From the NCBI RefSeq assembly GCF_964213995.1, contig NW_027590159.1, forward strand, positions 434,001 through 498,000: a stretch of 64,000 bases of DNA. The letters are read 5' to 3'. The translations under genes and the position numbers were made by a program. Positions 25,182 through 38,600 of the stretch are shown in pieces. The stretch is from Mustelus asterias (taxonomy: Eukaryota). The notes beneath the pieces were generated by a model, which ran no database searches, was not told the DNA's origin, and saw only the letters and a program-made list of their open reading frames with translations. Position 1 is the stretch's first letter. Each line of letters starts with the position of its first letter.

Positions 25182-26479
25182 TTCATTAAGCTTTCTCATG
25201 TAAGGTGAGGGAAGTCTGCATGATTTCAGTTTGCTGCTGAACATTATCCGAATCTCGATGTTACCGTCATATTATTTTTGCTCTGACCTCGGCCTCAAAA
25301 GCCTCCTGTAAAATCAGAAATGCTGAATCAAAAGAACCAGGAGGATGTAATGTGATTGGATGAGATTTATTTTCTTCGCCCATTTTCATATCGGCAAATA
25401 GTCACTTTCTGCAGAACGGTACCATGATGTTTTATAAGTGCAGTAAGAAGTTTAACAACACCAGGTTAAAGTTTTATAAGTGACCAGAGAGCGCCCTCCA
25501 GTGGCCAATGCAACAGCATTGGAAACAGACGCAGAACCAAGAGCCCAGATATATACACCCCGAGATATATCCAGTATACTTACAACACTGGACAAGAGGA
25601 AACATTCGCTCCACATCCACATTGTTAATACCCGTAGGGTTTTGAATGTTTCAGTCAAGTTGCCGGTTACTCTTCGAAACTCTCGCGGACACAGACCTAC
25701 GATCACCATACTTTTATCATAAGATAACCCGCTCACAGCTGGTAATAGTTTAGTAAAACTCCTCCGAACCTTTTCCACCGTATTAACATCTTTCTCAAGA
25801 TAAGAACACAATATTAGAGATATGCCCAATGCCCTCGCCAAAGCCCAATTTTACGATCTATATGTGTGTCGTCAGCAGATTTAGCATCCATGTCTTCATT
25901 CCCTTCATCAGTGCAGAACTCATCCCACTTAATTGTTTTTGACAAATTCAGCCAGAATGCATTTGTTCAGGTCAAATCGTGCTGAATTAACGTGCTTGAG
26001 TTTTATGCTGAGTAACAGAGATGGTTTTTGAGAGTATTTCTCTTAATGGGCGTCCAAAGGTCATGTGATACGGTGCTGCACCACAGCTTTGTGAATAAAT
26101 ATGGAGCTCAGAGAATAAAATGAACAGGAACAACAGGGATGGGAAATTGGCTGAGTGCCAGGAAACAACTCGTAGCTGTTTTTCGGACTGGAACAAAGCT
26201 TGTAGTGAAGGTGCCAGGAGTAGGTTATATGACCGTTGATCTTCCTGGCATAGTAATGGCCGAGAGCTTGGTATGGAGGTCAGACTTTCAAAATCTGTGT
26301 ATAATGCAAAACATGGAAACATTGCCAACCATCAGAAGACCGAGCAGAACTTCAGAACGAAAAAAAAACTAATTGGTGGAATTGTCGTGCAATTGGGAGA
26401 TTTAATTTATTGCACGTAAATTTCATGATTAGTTTTGTTAAGCAGAATGTGAAGAGACAAGGGGAAATGATGAAAACGC

Positions 26480-27180
26480 TACGAAATTGGCGGTAAAACG
26501 CCGAGGGACCTGCGTGAATATGTGTATAAATCATTCTTGGTGGAAGACAGGTTGAGACACCGGAAAATAAAATAGTTAACAGTCTTTGTCCTTTGGGGAA
26601 AAGAATACCAAAGCAAGGAAGTTGTGCTAAGTTTGTAGAAAGCACTGGAAAATAGTCAACTGAAAAAATGCGTCCAATTCTGGGCAACAAACGTAAAGAG
26701 AAATGTAAAGCTAGATGCAGGGGAAAAATACGAGATAAGTTCCAGAGATCAGAAACTTCAGTTACGAAAATATATTGGTGACGTTTGGACTGATTTCCTT
26801 GACAGGAAGTTGCTGGTGTGATTCTATTGAGGCCTTCAAAATCCTGAGGGGTTTTGACAGAGTAGACAGAGAGGATCTGTTCAATGTTAGAAGGATCTTG
26901 TATCAGAGGGCGCGGGTTGAAGTTAATTGGCAACAGAAGCATGGAGACATAAAGAAAAACATTTTCGGACAGTGAGTGATTCAGATCTGGAATGTGCTGC
27001 TTGAGAATGTGGTGCAGGCAGCGCCAATTAATGGTTTCAAGATCATTCAAGATTGGATTATTGTCTGAAAATGAACAAAATTCGAGACTGTGGGGTAGAG
27101 AGTGCCATTGGATGAATTGCTCGTTTAGAGGACCAATACATACATGACGCTTCAAAATGGCCTTCTTCTCTGCTGTAAGT
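26480..27180 (+). mobile_element. Heavily decayed CR1 3' portion
   Basis: DSIEAFKILRGFDRVDREDLF remnant (ORF 26775..26975). Confidence 0.7.
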
Positions 27181-27717
27181 ACTCCATCAATATGGAAGGG
27201 GGGGGGGGGGGGGGGGGGGCGGGTACAGTGACATTGCGGTAACGTCACTGGGAGAGTAATTCTGAGGGGAGGCAATTTTCTCAAGGTATATATTCAAATC
27301 CAATTACAGCAGAAAGTGGGGTTTGAAAATGCAATTACAATTTTGAATTTAAAGCTAGTTTCCGTAATTGTGGCCATGAAAAGAAATATATCAGATTCTC
27401 TAATGTCCTGCAGAAAAGGAAACCATCCATGATTTCCCAGGTTGGACGACAGGTGACTCCAGGCCCACACGTATTTGGCGCTTACCTATCTTCTGTGACG
27501 GTCTAGCAAACCAATAAATGCAGAGTATTAGCGATTGCCAACATATGCTGACCTTGCCAGCTGGGTATACAACACATGAAAGAATAAGAAACGGCAAAGG
27601 TGGTCCAGCAGATCGCAGTGAAACCGTGAGTTTTGGCACAACGGGAAGCAGAGATCGCCTCAGTTATTGCTGCAATAAACTCAGTTTTTTTCCATCCTAA
27701 ATTAAACCCAGTTTATA

Positions 27718-29310
27718 AACAAAGAACAAAGAACAATACAGCACAGGAACAGGCCCTTCGGCCCTCCAAGCCCACGCCGCTCCCTGGTCCAAACTAGACC
27801 ATTCTTTTGTATCCCTCCATTCCCACTCCGTTCATGTGGCTATCTAGATAAGTCTAAAACGTTCCCAGTGTGTCCGCCTCCGCCACCTTGCCCGGCAGCG
27901 CATTCCAGGCCCCCACCACCCTCTGTGTAAAATACGTCCTTCTGATGTCCGTGTTAAACACCCCCTCCCCCCACCTTGAACCTATGACCCCTCGTGAACG
28001 TCACCACAGACCTGGGAAAAAGCTTCCTACCATTCACCCTATCTATGCCTTTCATAATTTTATACACCTCTATTAGGTCACCCCTCATCCTCCGTCTTTC
28101 CAGTGAGAGGTGGCAGATGGAATTTAATCCGGATAAATGCGAAGTGATGCATTTTGGAAGAAATAATGTAGGGAGGAGTTATGCAATAAACGGCAGAGTC
28201 ATCAGGAGTATAGAAACACAGAGGGACCTAGGTGTGCAAGTCCACGAATCCTTGAAGGTGGCAACACAGGTGGAGAAGGTGGTGAAGAAGGCATATGGTA
28301 TGCTTGCCTTTATAGGACGGGGTATAGAGTATAAAAGCTGGAGTCTGATGATGCAGCTGTATAGAACGCTGGTTAGGCCGCATTTGGAGTACTGCGTCCA
28401 GTTCTGGTCGCCGCACTACCAGAAGGATGTAGAGGCATTGGAGAGAGTGCAGAGAAGGTTTACCAGGATGTTGCCTGGTATGGAGGGTCTTAGCTATGAG
28501 GAGAGATTGGGTAGACTGGGGTTGTTCTCCTTGGAAAGACGGAGAATGAAGGGAGATCTAATAGAGGTATACAAGATTATGAAGGGTATAGATAGGGTGA
28601 ACAGTGGGAAGCTTTTTCCCAGGTCGGAGGTGACGATCACGAGGGGTCACGGGCTCAAGCTGAGAGGGGCGAAGTATAACTCAGACATCAGAGGGACGTT
28701 TTTTACACAGAGGGTGGTGGGGGCCTGGAATGCGCTGCCAAGTAGGGTGGTGGAGGCAGGCACGCTGACATCGTTTAAGACTTACCTGGATAGTCACATG
28801 AGCAGGCTGGGAATGGAGGGATACAAACGATTGGTCTAGTTGGACCAAGGAGCGGCACAGGCTTGGAGGGCCGAAGGGCCTGTTTCCTGTGCTGTACTGT
28901 TCTTTGTTCTTTGTTTGTAGAACAACCCCAGTTTACCAAATCTCTCCTCATAACTAAGCCCCTCCATACCAGGCAGCATCCTGGTAAACCTCCTCTGCAC
29001 TCTCTCCAAAGCCTCCACGTCCTTCTGGTAGTGTGGCGACCAGAACTGGGTGCAGTATTCCAAATGCGGCCGAACCAACGTTCTGTACAACCGCATCATC
29101 AGACCCCAACTTTTATACTCTATGCCCCGTCTTATAAAGGCAAGCATGCCATATGCCTTCTTCACTACCTTCTCCACCTGTGCCGTCACCTTCAAGGATC
29201 TGTGGACTTGCACAGCTAGGTCCCTCTGCGTATCTACACCCTTTATGGTTCTGCCATTTATCGCATAGCTCCCCCCTACGTGAGTTCTACTAAAATGCAT
29301 CACTTCGCAT
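27718..29310 (-). mobile_element. CR1 LINE (host), interrupted at ~28108/28919
   Basis: Tail at 27718; ORF 28836..29348; halves rejoin as ctttccagtgag-aacaaccccag. Confidence 0.9.
28109..28918 (+). mobile_element. CR1 LINE nested in opposite orientation
   Basis: Open RT C-terminus WQMEFNPDKCEVMHFG...GYKRLV*; TTCTTTG tail; AGA on both sides. Confidence 0.92.
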
Positions 29311-29329
29311 TGATATGACACAAAATCAT

Positions 29330-31410
29330 ATTTCTGATTATATGACAATGATTCTCAGTTGATTCTGTACTCAGCAAAATCCCAGTTGTTTCTATATTCG
29401 CCAAGCCTCATTTGATACTACAGCGCACATTCTGGCAGTTATGGCAGCATAGAATTAATTCTCGGCTCATGTCATGATACTCCATATCTCTGTTGTTACT
29501 TCACTAGTCCCTCTCTCTCCTGATACTGCTCCAGAACATGTTACTGTTTGCATTACACGAGGCTCTGTATCAGTTAATACATTGCTGGAATCTGCCACCT
29601 ATAAAGAAACATCGACAACACCTCAATCACCGCTGCACCAGTACACCGCCCTGTTTATACCGAATAATATCCTGTCTCTCATCATTGTTCTATTTCATGA
29701 TTCGTTTACTGCTGCAATTGCCCCTCTCAAAGCTTATCAAGCCTTGGTTTGATATTACTGCATCGGCTTTGTCTCAGTTTATAAGAACATAAGAAATAGG
29801 AGCAGGAGTAGGCCATCTAGCCCCTCGAGCCTGCCCCGCCATTCAATAAGATCATGGCTGATCTGACGTGGATCAGTACCACTTACCCGCCTGATCCCCA
29901 TAACCCTTAATTCCCTTACCGATCAGGAATCCATCCATCCGCGCTTTAAACATATTCAGCGAGGTAGCCTCCACCACCTCAGTGGGCAGAGAATTCCAGA
30001 GATTCACCACCCTCTGGGAGAAGAAGTTCCTCCTCAACTCTGTCTTAAACCGACCCCCCTTTATTTTCAGGCTGTGTCCTCTAGTTTTAACTTCCTTACT
30101 AAGTGGAAAGAATCTCTCCGCCTCCACCCTATCCAGCCCCCGCATTATCTTATAAGTCTCCATAAGATCCCCCCTCATCCTTCTAAACTCCAACGAGTAC
30201 AAACCCAATCTCCTCAGCCTCTCCTCATAATCCAAACCCCTCATCTCCGGTATCAACCTGGTGAACCTTCTCTGCACTCCCTCCAATGCCTATATATCCT
30301 TCCTCATATAAGGGGACCAATACTGCACACAGTATTCCAGCTGCGGCCTCACCAATGCCCTGTACAGGTGCATCAAGACATCCCTGCTTTTATATTCTAT
30401 CCCCCTCGCAATATAGGCCAACATCCCATTTGCCTTCTTGATCACCTGTTGTACCTGCAGACTGGGCTTTTGCGTCTCATGCACAAGGACCCCCAGGTCC
30501 CTTTGCACGGTAGCATGTTTTAATTTGTTTCCATTGAGATAGTAATCCCATTTGTTATTATTTCCTCCAAAGTGTATAATCTCGCATTTCTCAACGTTAT
30601 ACTCCATTTGCCATATCCTCGCCCACTCACTCAGCCTGTCCAAATCTCTCTGCAGATCTTCTCCGTCCTCCACACGATTCACTTTTCCACTTATCTTTGT
30701 GTCGTCTGCAAACTTCGTTACCCTACACTCCGTCCCCTCCTCCAGATCATCTATATAAATGGTAAACAGCTGCGGCCCGAGTACCGATCCCTGCGGCACG
30801 CCACTAGTTACCTTCCTCCAACCGGAAAAACACCCATTTATTCCGACTCTTTGCTTCCTGTCGGATAGCCAGTCCCCAATCCACTTTAACACACTACCCC
30901 CAACTCCGTGTGCCCTATGTTATACAATGCCCAGAATTCGTCAAAATTGCACTAGGCCCGGTGACAGTTTTATTGCACTAGATGCTCTCTCCTATATTAC
31001 TGTGCCAAACAATACCGCTGTTCATTTTACATGTTATCCTTTCTCAATTATTGCTTTACTCTGCATTGCCTCACTTTTTATTCCACTCGGCCACACGAGA
31101 TCGTGTCCTTATATTCTGATAGTGCCGATGTGAGTTTGCATTACGCTAGAATCTGTCTCAGTTTAAATTACAGTGCACATTGTCTCTGCTTATATTAGAA
31201 TAGACCTTGTCTTTGTTAAAACTGCGGATTGCATGTCTCTGTTTACATGAGAAAACACCACGCTGGTTAGTAATACGCTGTACCCGCTTTCAGTAATGAC
31301 TGAACTGGGCGCCTGCTGTATTCATATTAGTGCAGGTGCTGTATGAATAATTGGTGCACTCGAGCCCTGTCTCTGTATTACTGCACAAAACCTGTCCCTC
31401 GTTTATATTA
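29330..31410. repeat. Degenerate ~30 bp satellite (tgtctctg..tatatta type), interrupted by CR1
   Basis: Recurring ctgtctc(a/t)gtttatatta; same family in opposite orientation at 35350-36600 and 39200-40100. Confidence 0.55.
29781..30917 (-). mobile_element. Young CR1 LINE, 5'-truncated
   Basis: ORFs 30290..30892 (SGVPQGSVLGP, FADDTK) and 29873..30286 separated by a stop; TAAGAA tail. Confidence 0.95.
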
Positions 31411-31642
31411 CAACAGATTGTATTCGATGGATTGGCCATGCAAAATTGCCCGTTATTTTTCGTAGGGTATGCGGATTAGCCATGGTAAATGTGCGGGGCG
31501 AACGGGGATAGGGCAGAGGGAAGGGCCTGGGTAAGATGCAGAATCGGTGGGCCAGATGGCCTTTTTCTGAACTGTAGGTATTCTGTTGATCTATGTCTAA
31601 GGAATATCATCTTAGGTCCTTGCTTAGACATTTGAGTGCTTA

Positions 31643-34201
31643 TTTATTTTAAATATTGTATTTTTTAATAACCGCCTTTGGAGAAATGATTCCTTTTAGC
31701 AATTTCCCTTCAGATTTCCCAGTGATAACCTTCACTCCATCTCTGCCTTCCATAGTGTATGAGAACACCAAACAGTTCTTGTATTTCAACTGAAGAACAT
31801 TTAATATGTAACTATTTATTGACAACCATTCTGTTGTGTGTTCTCGTATACAAAATGACTTCAGTCTGACTATTTTGTTCCCAGCATTGACTTTTCTGCC
31901 TTTAGAGATCTGTTGGAAAATGGATAAATCACATCTCGAATGACGAGATTACTGGAAATTGGTCTTCTTAGCATCTCACTGAAATTCCTGATATAAGACT
32001 CAATTGTGCGCTGATTTGTGAAAATGATGGTGAAAATGACCCTGGACATATAGCCGACAGGAAATGATTACACCTGTAATTCTCAGACTTCTTATTCCTA
32101 TCGATGCAAAGGACTAAAACATCTGCTGCTGTCCAGAGAAGTTTCAATATTTCTGTTCAACCGATAACTTCACCAGTTCGATGGTAACCATCCTAAATAT
32201 TTTCGACTGTCTGTAGGTTGTACAATCTAGGTAATAAGGTGAATTATGTTCAGGTGTATCATGAGAGTGACCAGACCTTGTGTGATATAAACAGAAATAC
32301 GATCTGGTGAACATGGACCGCAGCGGTTCAAGGTGGAAGATCATCACCACTTTGTCAAGGGCAATTAGAGAAGGGCAACAGATACCAGTGATGCCCACAT
32401 CCCATCAATGATTAAAAATTATACACTAACAACAGACACATAATCTAATCTAATATAGACAGATATGCTAGTGCAATGATAACATAAACTGGCTGGGAGA
32501 GTCATGTGAACCAATGTATGCGGTATATAGAATAAGAGAGACAGGACATGATATAAGATTTAAATAAACATTTTTTGTGCGTGTGATCATTTTGGAAAAA
32601 GTAAATTGTCCAATAATAACCGGTAGGCATCAAATAAAACAAAACCAGATTCAGGTTCTAATTCACAACTGATTGGGTAACGGTTTCAAAAAAATAACGA
32701 TAGAGAATTAGAACATTATAATTTGAATGGCCGGTTAGTGTATCACTAACAGAGACAGCTGGGCCCGGAGTCAGGTTGGGACCTGATATAAGGAAGCAAT
32801 CATTTCTAGGGCCTAAGCGCAGGTTTCTTTTTGATGACGAGTGATGCAGGGATTTGTGTGGTAAGCATGGATTGGAAACACAATGACAACCTCGGGAGTG
32901 ACTGACTCCATCTGACTAAGAGCTGGTATTCCCAAGAGGGGATAATCATGGCGGACTCCATGAATTTCTGTTATCTGAGGTAACAATGGTGAATCTGTCA
33001 GAGGAACAGAAAATAATCTGTTCCTTCTCATTCTTACAAACTGTTCCACATTTATGGACAGAATTAGGACATGTGATGACTGAAAATACGAAATATGAAA
33101 ACCTCATCGGAGGAAAAAGAACAGTGCAATAAATGGTAATGGCAAATGTGTTTTTCATAAACAAGTTCGATCCAATGCTAATTTGTTCAAAGTGATGGCT
33201 TGTAGATAGAATTGCATTTCGGAATGGTTCCAGGCAATTATTCACACACACACACACACACAAGTGCTGTCAAAAGATAAGATTAGCACAAGATGACAGC
33301 TGTAAAAACATTGCATTTTATTCAGTCTCAATGAAGGACAGGGAGAGACACAAAAAGCATACTTGGACAATGATTAAAATGAACCATTAAAATGGTCCCA
33401 TTCTCGAAAATCCTTCAAATTTTAACCCCATGAAGGATATATCTAATTTATTTTCCAAAGTTACTGTGAAATCTGATTCGATCACCCTTTCAAGCTGTTC
33501 ATTCCAGTTCATAACAACTCTTGTGTAAAAGTAAACAATTATATTTCTGTCTCCCTGCTCAATAAAATAAATTTGTGCCCATTGGTTGCTGACCGTCCTC
33601 CCAGTTGAAAGATTCTCTCTTTAATTAACCCACTCACAACTTCATGATTATGAACATTAATGAAAGTGTTCAAAAGACTGGCAAGGAGATAGAGAGAGAG
33701 ACGCCGGGAGAATTAGGAGAAAGGAAAACGGGGTGCTGACAGATAAAAGCTGAGGAACAAAAAATAAATAGCAGATGGAGAGAAAATGATCAAACAATGA
33801 AAGATAACAACTATCATTTCCTTCCTTCACGGAACCCGGGAGAGCTCAGTGACTGATCCATTGACCATCCAGTTATGTCCCCGAATGGAAACTCTGAACA
33901 GATCACAACAGACTCATTTGTACATTTCCCCACAATGTGATCTGTCTGACTCTGCCTGATTCTATGGACAGATATAGGCCGCACTGACAGATGTTCTCAC
34001 TAGATTGTGGTCCCTGGATTTATTTTCTGCTCAGAAGTGAGATGTGCGGTTTGGAACCGGCAGCAAGAAACAGGAAGTTGTGTTACCTGAGAATGAAACA
34101 ACCAGGGCCAGTTTGATGTTATCACCGTGAACAGTCTTCCTGTCTGTGAGGGTGAACTCACTCAGAAAGCATCAAGAACAACCACACAGATTGCTGCCGG
34201 T
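31643..34201 (-). pseudogene. Putative decayed multi-exon gene of unknown identity (possibly helical-cytokine-like)
   Basis: Candidate exons: W ending 34087 (CAG|GTAACA); X 32783-32994; Y 32074-32226; Z 31649-31909. Z follows a ttttccaacag acceptor, is open for 86 codons and is followed at once by AATAAA (31643-31648). X and Y carry stops or frameshifts. Confidence 0.4.
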
Positions 34202-35349
34202 CTGAACATTGCATTTACCTCCATTCCCATTTTAGTGAATCAAGAAAATGATCATATTTGGGGTTTAAATAGATTAATTGAAGTGAAGATGGACCGAAGA
34301 TTATCACTGAGTGAAAAGAGGGAAAATTAAAGCAACATTGTTTCCCCCAGAGGTGTTCTAAAATAGAAACTTTAAGTGTTTTAGGTGTTGTGTGAGGGAA
34401 ATCGAGGAGAGAGATTAAGTGAGTGAACTGGTCTGTTTCCGGCACTGAATTTTCCTCTGATGAGTTTGTTATGCTTTATCCTTTCAGTCACAAGGTGCCT
34501 TAAGCAAAAGAAATGAACATTTTTTTTCAACTAGTAGCCAGGTGCGGCTCCTAGGTACCTGTGTAAGTGAATTAATGGAGACTGACAGAGTGAAGAGGAA
34601 TTATCTGATTTAGGTACAATCTGAGACAGAGAAGGATAGGAGAGAAGTTCAGTGAGTCATTTGAAAGATGCATTGCCTTAGCAGCGGAATGGCCAGCTGT
34701 GCATCACATTAAAAAGCGTCCAGGGCAGTTCATTAACTTTAGATATTGACTGAGGCATAGAATGTGCAAGTAAATACTTAATAAATTACCATAACATGCT
34801 TAAACGCAATTGTAATTATTTACACAACGGTTAGCACTGGTACCTCACAGAGTTTCGGACACAGGTTCCATTTCGGCCTTGGGTAACTGTTTGTGTGCAG
34901 TTTGCACATTCACCCCATGTGTACGTGGGTTTCCTCCAGGTTTACCGCTTTCCTCCTACAGTTCAAAGATGTAAAGGTTAGTTGGAGTGGCCATGCTGAA
35001 TTGTCCCTTAGTGTCCATTTGTATTGCAACATGGCATATGTTTATTCTGTTCCTGAATCTCCTTTGAACAAGAGGATGTTATAAGACTCGACCCAAGTTT
35101 TCAACAAAATATTGCACACAGTACGAGAGCAATTAGATATTATACGCAACACCTAATCGTTATTAACAAGACGAACCCCTTTCATCCACACAATTATATT
35201 GCATTTTTAAGTTAATATCCATCTATTCTTCTCTTTCTTTCTTTCCATCTTTCTTTCTTTCATTCCATCTATCAGACACATTTTATAGAAAAGCAATTAC
35301 TGAAATAGTGTCTACTTTATTATTATGAGAACCCAATGGAATGCAAAGT

Positions 35350-36600
35350 GACGCACGGATGCGTTCAGTAGTGCATGACATGGAGCCGAGCACAATAATA
35401 TTTGAGATGGAACCAAATGTAACGTAAGTGGACTCTTGACTAAGCAACAACAGCTCAGAAATGCTGATTTGTAGCATTTACCATGGCATGTCTTCAGGTA
35501 TTAATAAATGAAGCGGCATATAATGTAATGTAAACTGATACAACTTGCAACAATGATTCAAATGAGTCAAATGCAGAATATAAAGAGGCATGGCCTAGTG
35601 CATTACTGTGCAAGACTGCACCAATGTGTTATTGCAGTGAACATTGTCAAGTAGAGTAATAACTGAGACAGGGTTAATTGTAGCCCTTATAGAAGCAAGG
35701 TCCACTGCATTAATAAATTAAGCTTCAGATTGCGTTATATATACAGATACAGTGCTGAAAGTAAAATAAAAGGAGACATGGTCTAGTACAGTCAGAACTG
35801 AGACAACTCCTGTGCAAGAAAAAGTATTACATGGTTAAATGCAGTGATAACTGAAGGAAGTACAGCGTGATAAATCTGAACTCAATGTTTAGTGAAATAT
35901 ACGCATATGCATGGTCCTACTCTGGAAAGAAATTTTAAAAATGGTCAACCATAGCTTCCACGGAATCATAGCCTAATTCAATAGTAACGATACATGATAA
36001 TGTTATGAATCCGAGAGGAGGGACTGCGGTGTTGAGGAAGGAGAGAGAGAGAAAGAATTGGACAAGTACACTAATACCACTCCACTTATGATGATTGATC
36101 TGCTGAGTGTTTCTGGCATTTCTTTTTTTAGATCCCATGCATCCGCAGTATCTTGTTTCTCATGGCTACTTAGCGATATTAGCACAAAATAAACCTACTC
36201 TTCCAAACAAGAATGACTGGTATCGGACATGCACGCCCATATGTATCGTGATTGATAATATCTCGACAGGCAACATATTCATAGTCGCATGTTGGATTAA
36301 CAGAGACAGGCTGTGGTGTGATGCAAAGAGACAAATCCTGTGTAATATAAAAAGAGATGGGATCCGATGTAATATAATCAGATCCGTGGTCTACTCCAAT
36401 ACTAATTGAGAGGACTTAATGTAGCATAAATAGAGAGATGGCTCGTGTAACATAACAAGAGAAACGACTGGATGCAGTATAGAGACAGGGCCTACTGTCG
36501 TATAATTAAATATTGGGGCTGATACAGCATAAATAGAAGTATGGACTGATGCAATGTAATCAGAGGTATGGTTCAGTTAATTGATAACTAATAAAGCAGT
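35350..36600. repeat. Degenerate ~30 bp satellite
   Basis: Recurring gt(g/a)taata(a/t)a.cagagac(a/g)gg units. Confidence 0.55.
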
Positions 36601-38299
36601 GTCTTATGTATACTGGCCCGCTTGCCAGTGGATAACAATTTCTTCTTAATCAGTAAAACATTCCCGTTCATAGTTTTGAACTTCTGTCCTAAATCTCCCA
36701 TAAATTGTTCAGTTCGAAGGGAAACAAACGCAGCGTTCAGCTGTTCTGATAGTGCAGCTCATGCATGATGAACGTCAAGCTCCACACCACCTTCTGCCTC
36801 GCATGTTTCCCGATGTCATTTTAGGAATTGATGGAACTTTTACACGGATTCCCATTAAGCATTGCCATCGTGTCAGAATAAGATTCAAGGCTAGGTGAAG
36901 ACTTGCTTCTGACAATTAAATGCATCAGTGTAATGTTGGACACAGATCTCAGAATTTAGACGCACTCTGCTAAATGTCATAATGGCAAAACTCAAACTGT
37001 GATCAGTTAACAGTTTTTCTCAGTGGAATCAATATCAGTTTCGAGTCAAATGGTAATGTCTTCAATTCCCACAACAGATGCTTGAGCTGACGATCCAACC
37101 TGTGACCAAGTGCTGAATGTTTAGTTATTCCATTATTAGATATGATGATATTTCAGCCTAAGGAGCAGTATAGCAACATCATTATCAAGCTAGTTTTCCA
37201 GAAGCTTGAAGTAATGCTCCGGGGACAGGAGTTCAAATTCTCCATATGTCTGCGTGGGTTCTGGTGCTCCGGTTTCCTCCCACGGTCCAATGGTGTGCGA
37301 GTTAGGTTGATTCGCCAAGCTAAATTGCCCCTTAGTGCCCCAGCATGTGTAGGTTAATTATGTGGGGTTGCGGGGATTGGGCCTGGGTGGGATTGTTGTC
37401 GATGCACGCTCGATGGGCCGAATGGCCTCCTTCTGCACTGTAGGGTTTCTACGAACAAAACGCAAGTTCTTTCCAAATGTTAACATTATAAAATGCAAAA
37501 TTTGACATGTTGAAAGCTCTGAGATTAATGTGTGATTACAGTCACTCTTCTGCCTGATGTTTTAACTTGTCAAATTTGAGTAGATTAAACCTCAATCACA
37601 TTGACATTCAGTGGAATACCAGCCTGTTCAAATATATTTTATTTATTGTGTCATCAGAACTTTCAGAATAAATTATTGATTAGAAGGTTTTTTTTACTTG
37701 AATGAAATAGCATTTGGTCCAATGGGTATTCACGAAGCTTCTATTCATTTTGAACCAACTGTCAATATACTTAAAATAAACTGCTATTTTGAGTTCAAAC
37801 TAATCAATAAGTGACTGTTTATCTGTTTTTTTCTGCCATGAACACTTCATTGCAAGCAGTAAGGTGTTTATACAAATAAACACATAGATAGAAATCCCAG
37901 ATTAGATTTATTGATTGACAAAAATCAACAAGTATTTCTCCACCAACACAACACAGAAATAGAGGCAAACGTGCAAATAAATTAATCGATTCCAGTCGTG
38001 ATTGTTTTTGGGCAATTTTTTCTTCATCAGTTATATGCGCAAAAAGAGCCAACATCATATCTATGTTCAAAATTAGAAAAGATTCCCTCTAATCTCGAAA
38101 TACAGTGACACGGCAAATATATATGTGGCGATTTCCTGTGCTTTATCTCTCTGTGTCATTCTCCTGTCTGATTCTGTGTCGTGTCTTGTCCACGATGGAT
38201 CATTGTCTTTACTCAACAACATCATGTCACACTCCAACTATGTATTCTCTCAGCCCTGTTCATAGGCTTCTAACAAAACGGATCTAATTCAATTAATTG

Positions 38300-38600
38300 G
38301 AATATATAGAGGGAGCTTTACTCCCAAATGTATCTTGACTATTCCCTGTATCTAACCCGTCCTGTCCCTGCTAACCAATTGTTTGAATGGACAGTGTAGA
38401 GAAAGTTTTGCTGATTCTAAACAGTCTACAGTTTCTGGGAATGATTGATTGGGACCGCGTAGATGGAGTTCCACTTTGTATTTACTCCGAGCTACACCTG
38501 CCTTGGGAGTGTTTAATGTTGCAATGTGGAGGGAGTTTTTCATTCGGTACCTAACCCCATGATACACCTGCCCTTGGAATGTTTGCTGGGATGCTAGGCC
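38300..38600. repeat. ~60 bp satellite
   Basis: gggagctttactc..tgtatctaaccc..cctg..ttgggagtgttt repeated about 4 times. Confidence 0.6.

Larger units (their letters stand above)
21925..25328 (+). repeat. Tandem array of ~0.7-1.2 kb units, each carrying a tRNA-Val pseudogene
   Basis: gaatgatgcattaatga..gcagaaatcattgc recurs at ~21925, 22963, 24186 and 24885. Confidence 0.88.

Noticed and set aside
26352-27284. 310-aa minus-strand ORF
   Set aside because: Antisense of a decayed CR1 plus a poly-G tract; no recognisable domain.
32783-32915. CXC chemokine reading (RGCHCVSNPC) of exon X in another frame
   Set aside because: Downstream Cys spacing does not fit and there is an in-frame stop just upstream.
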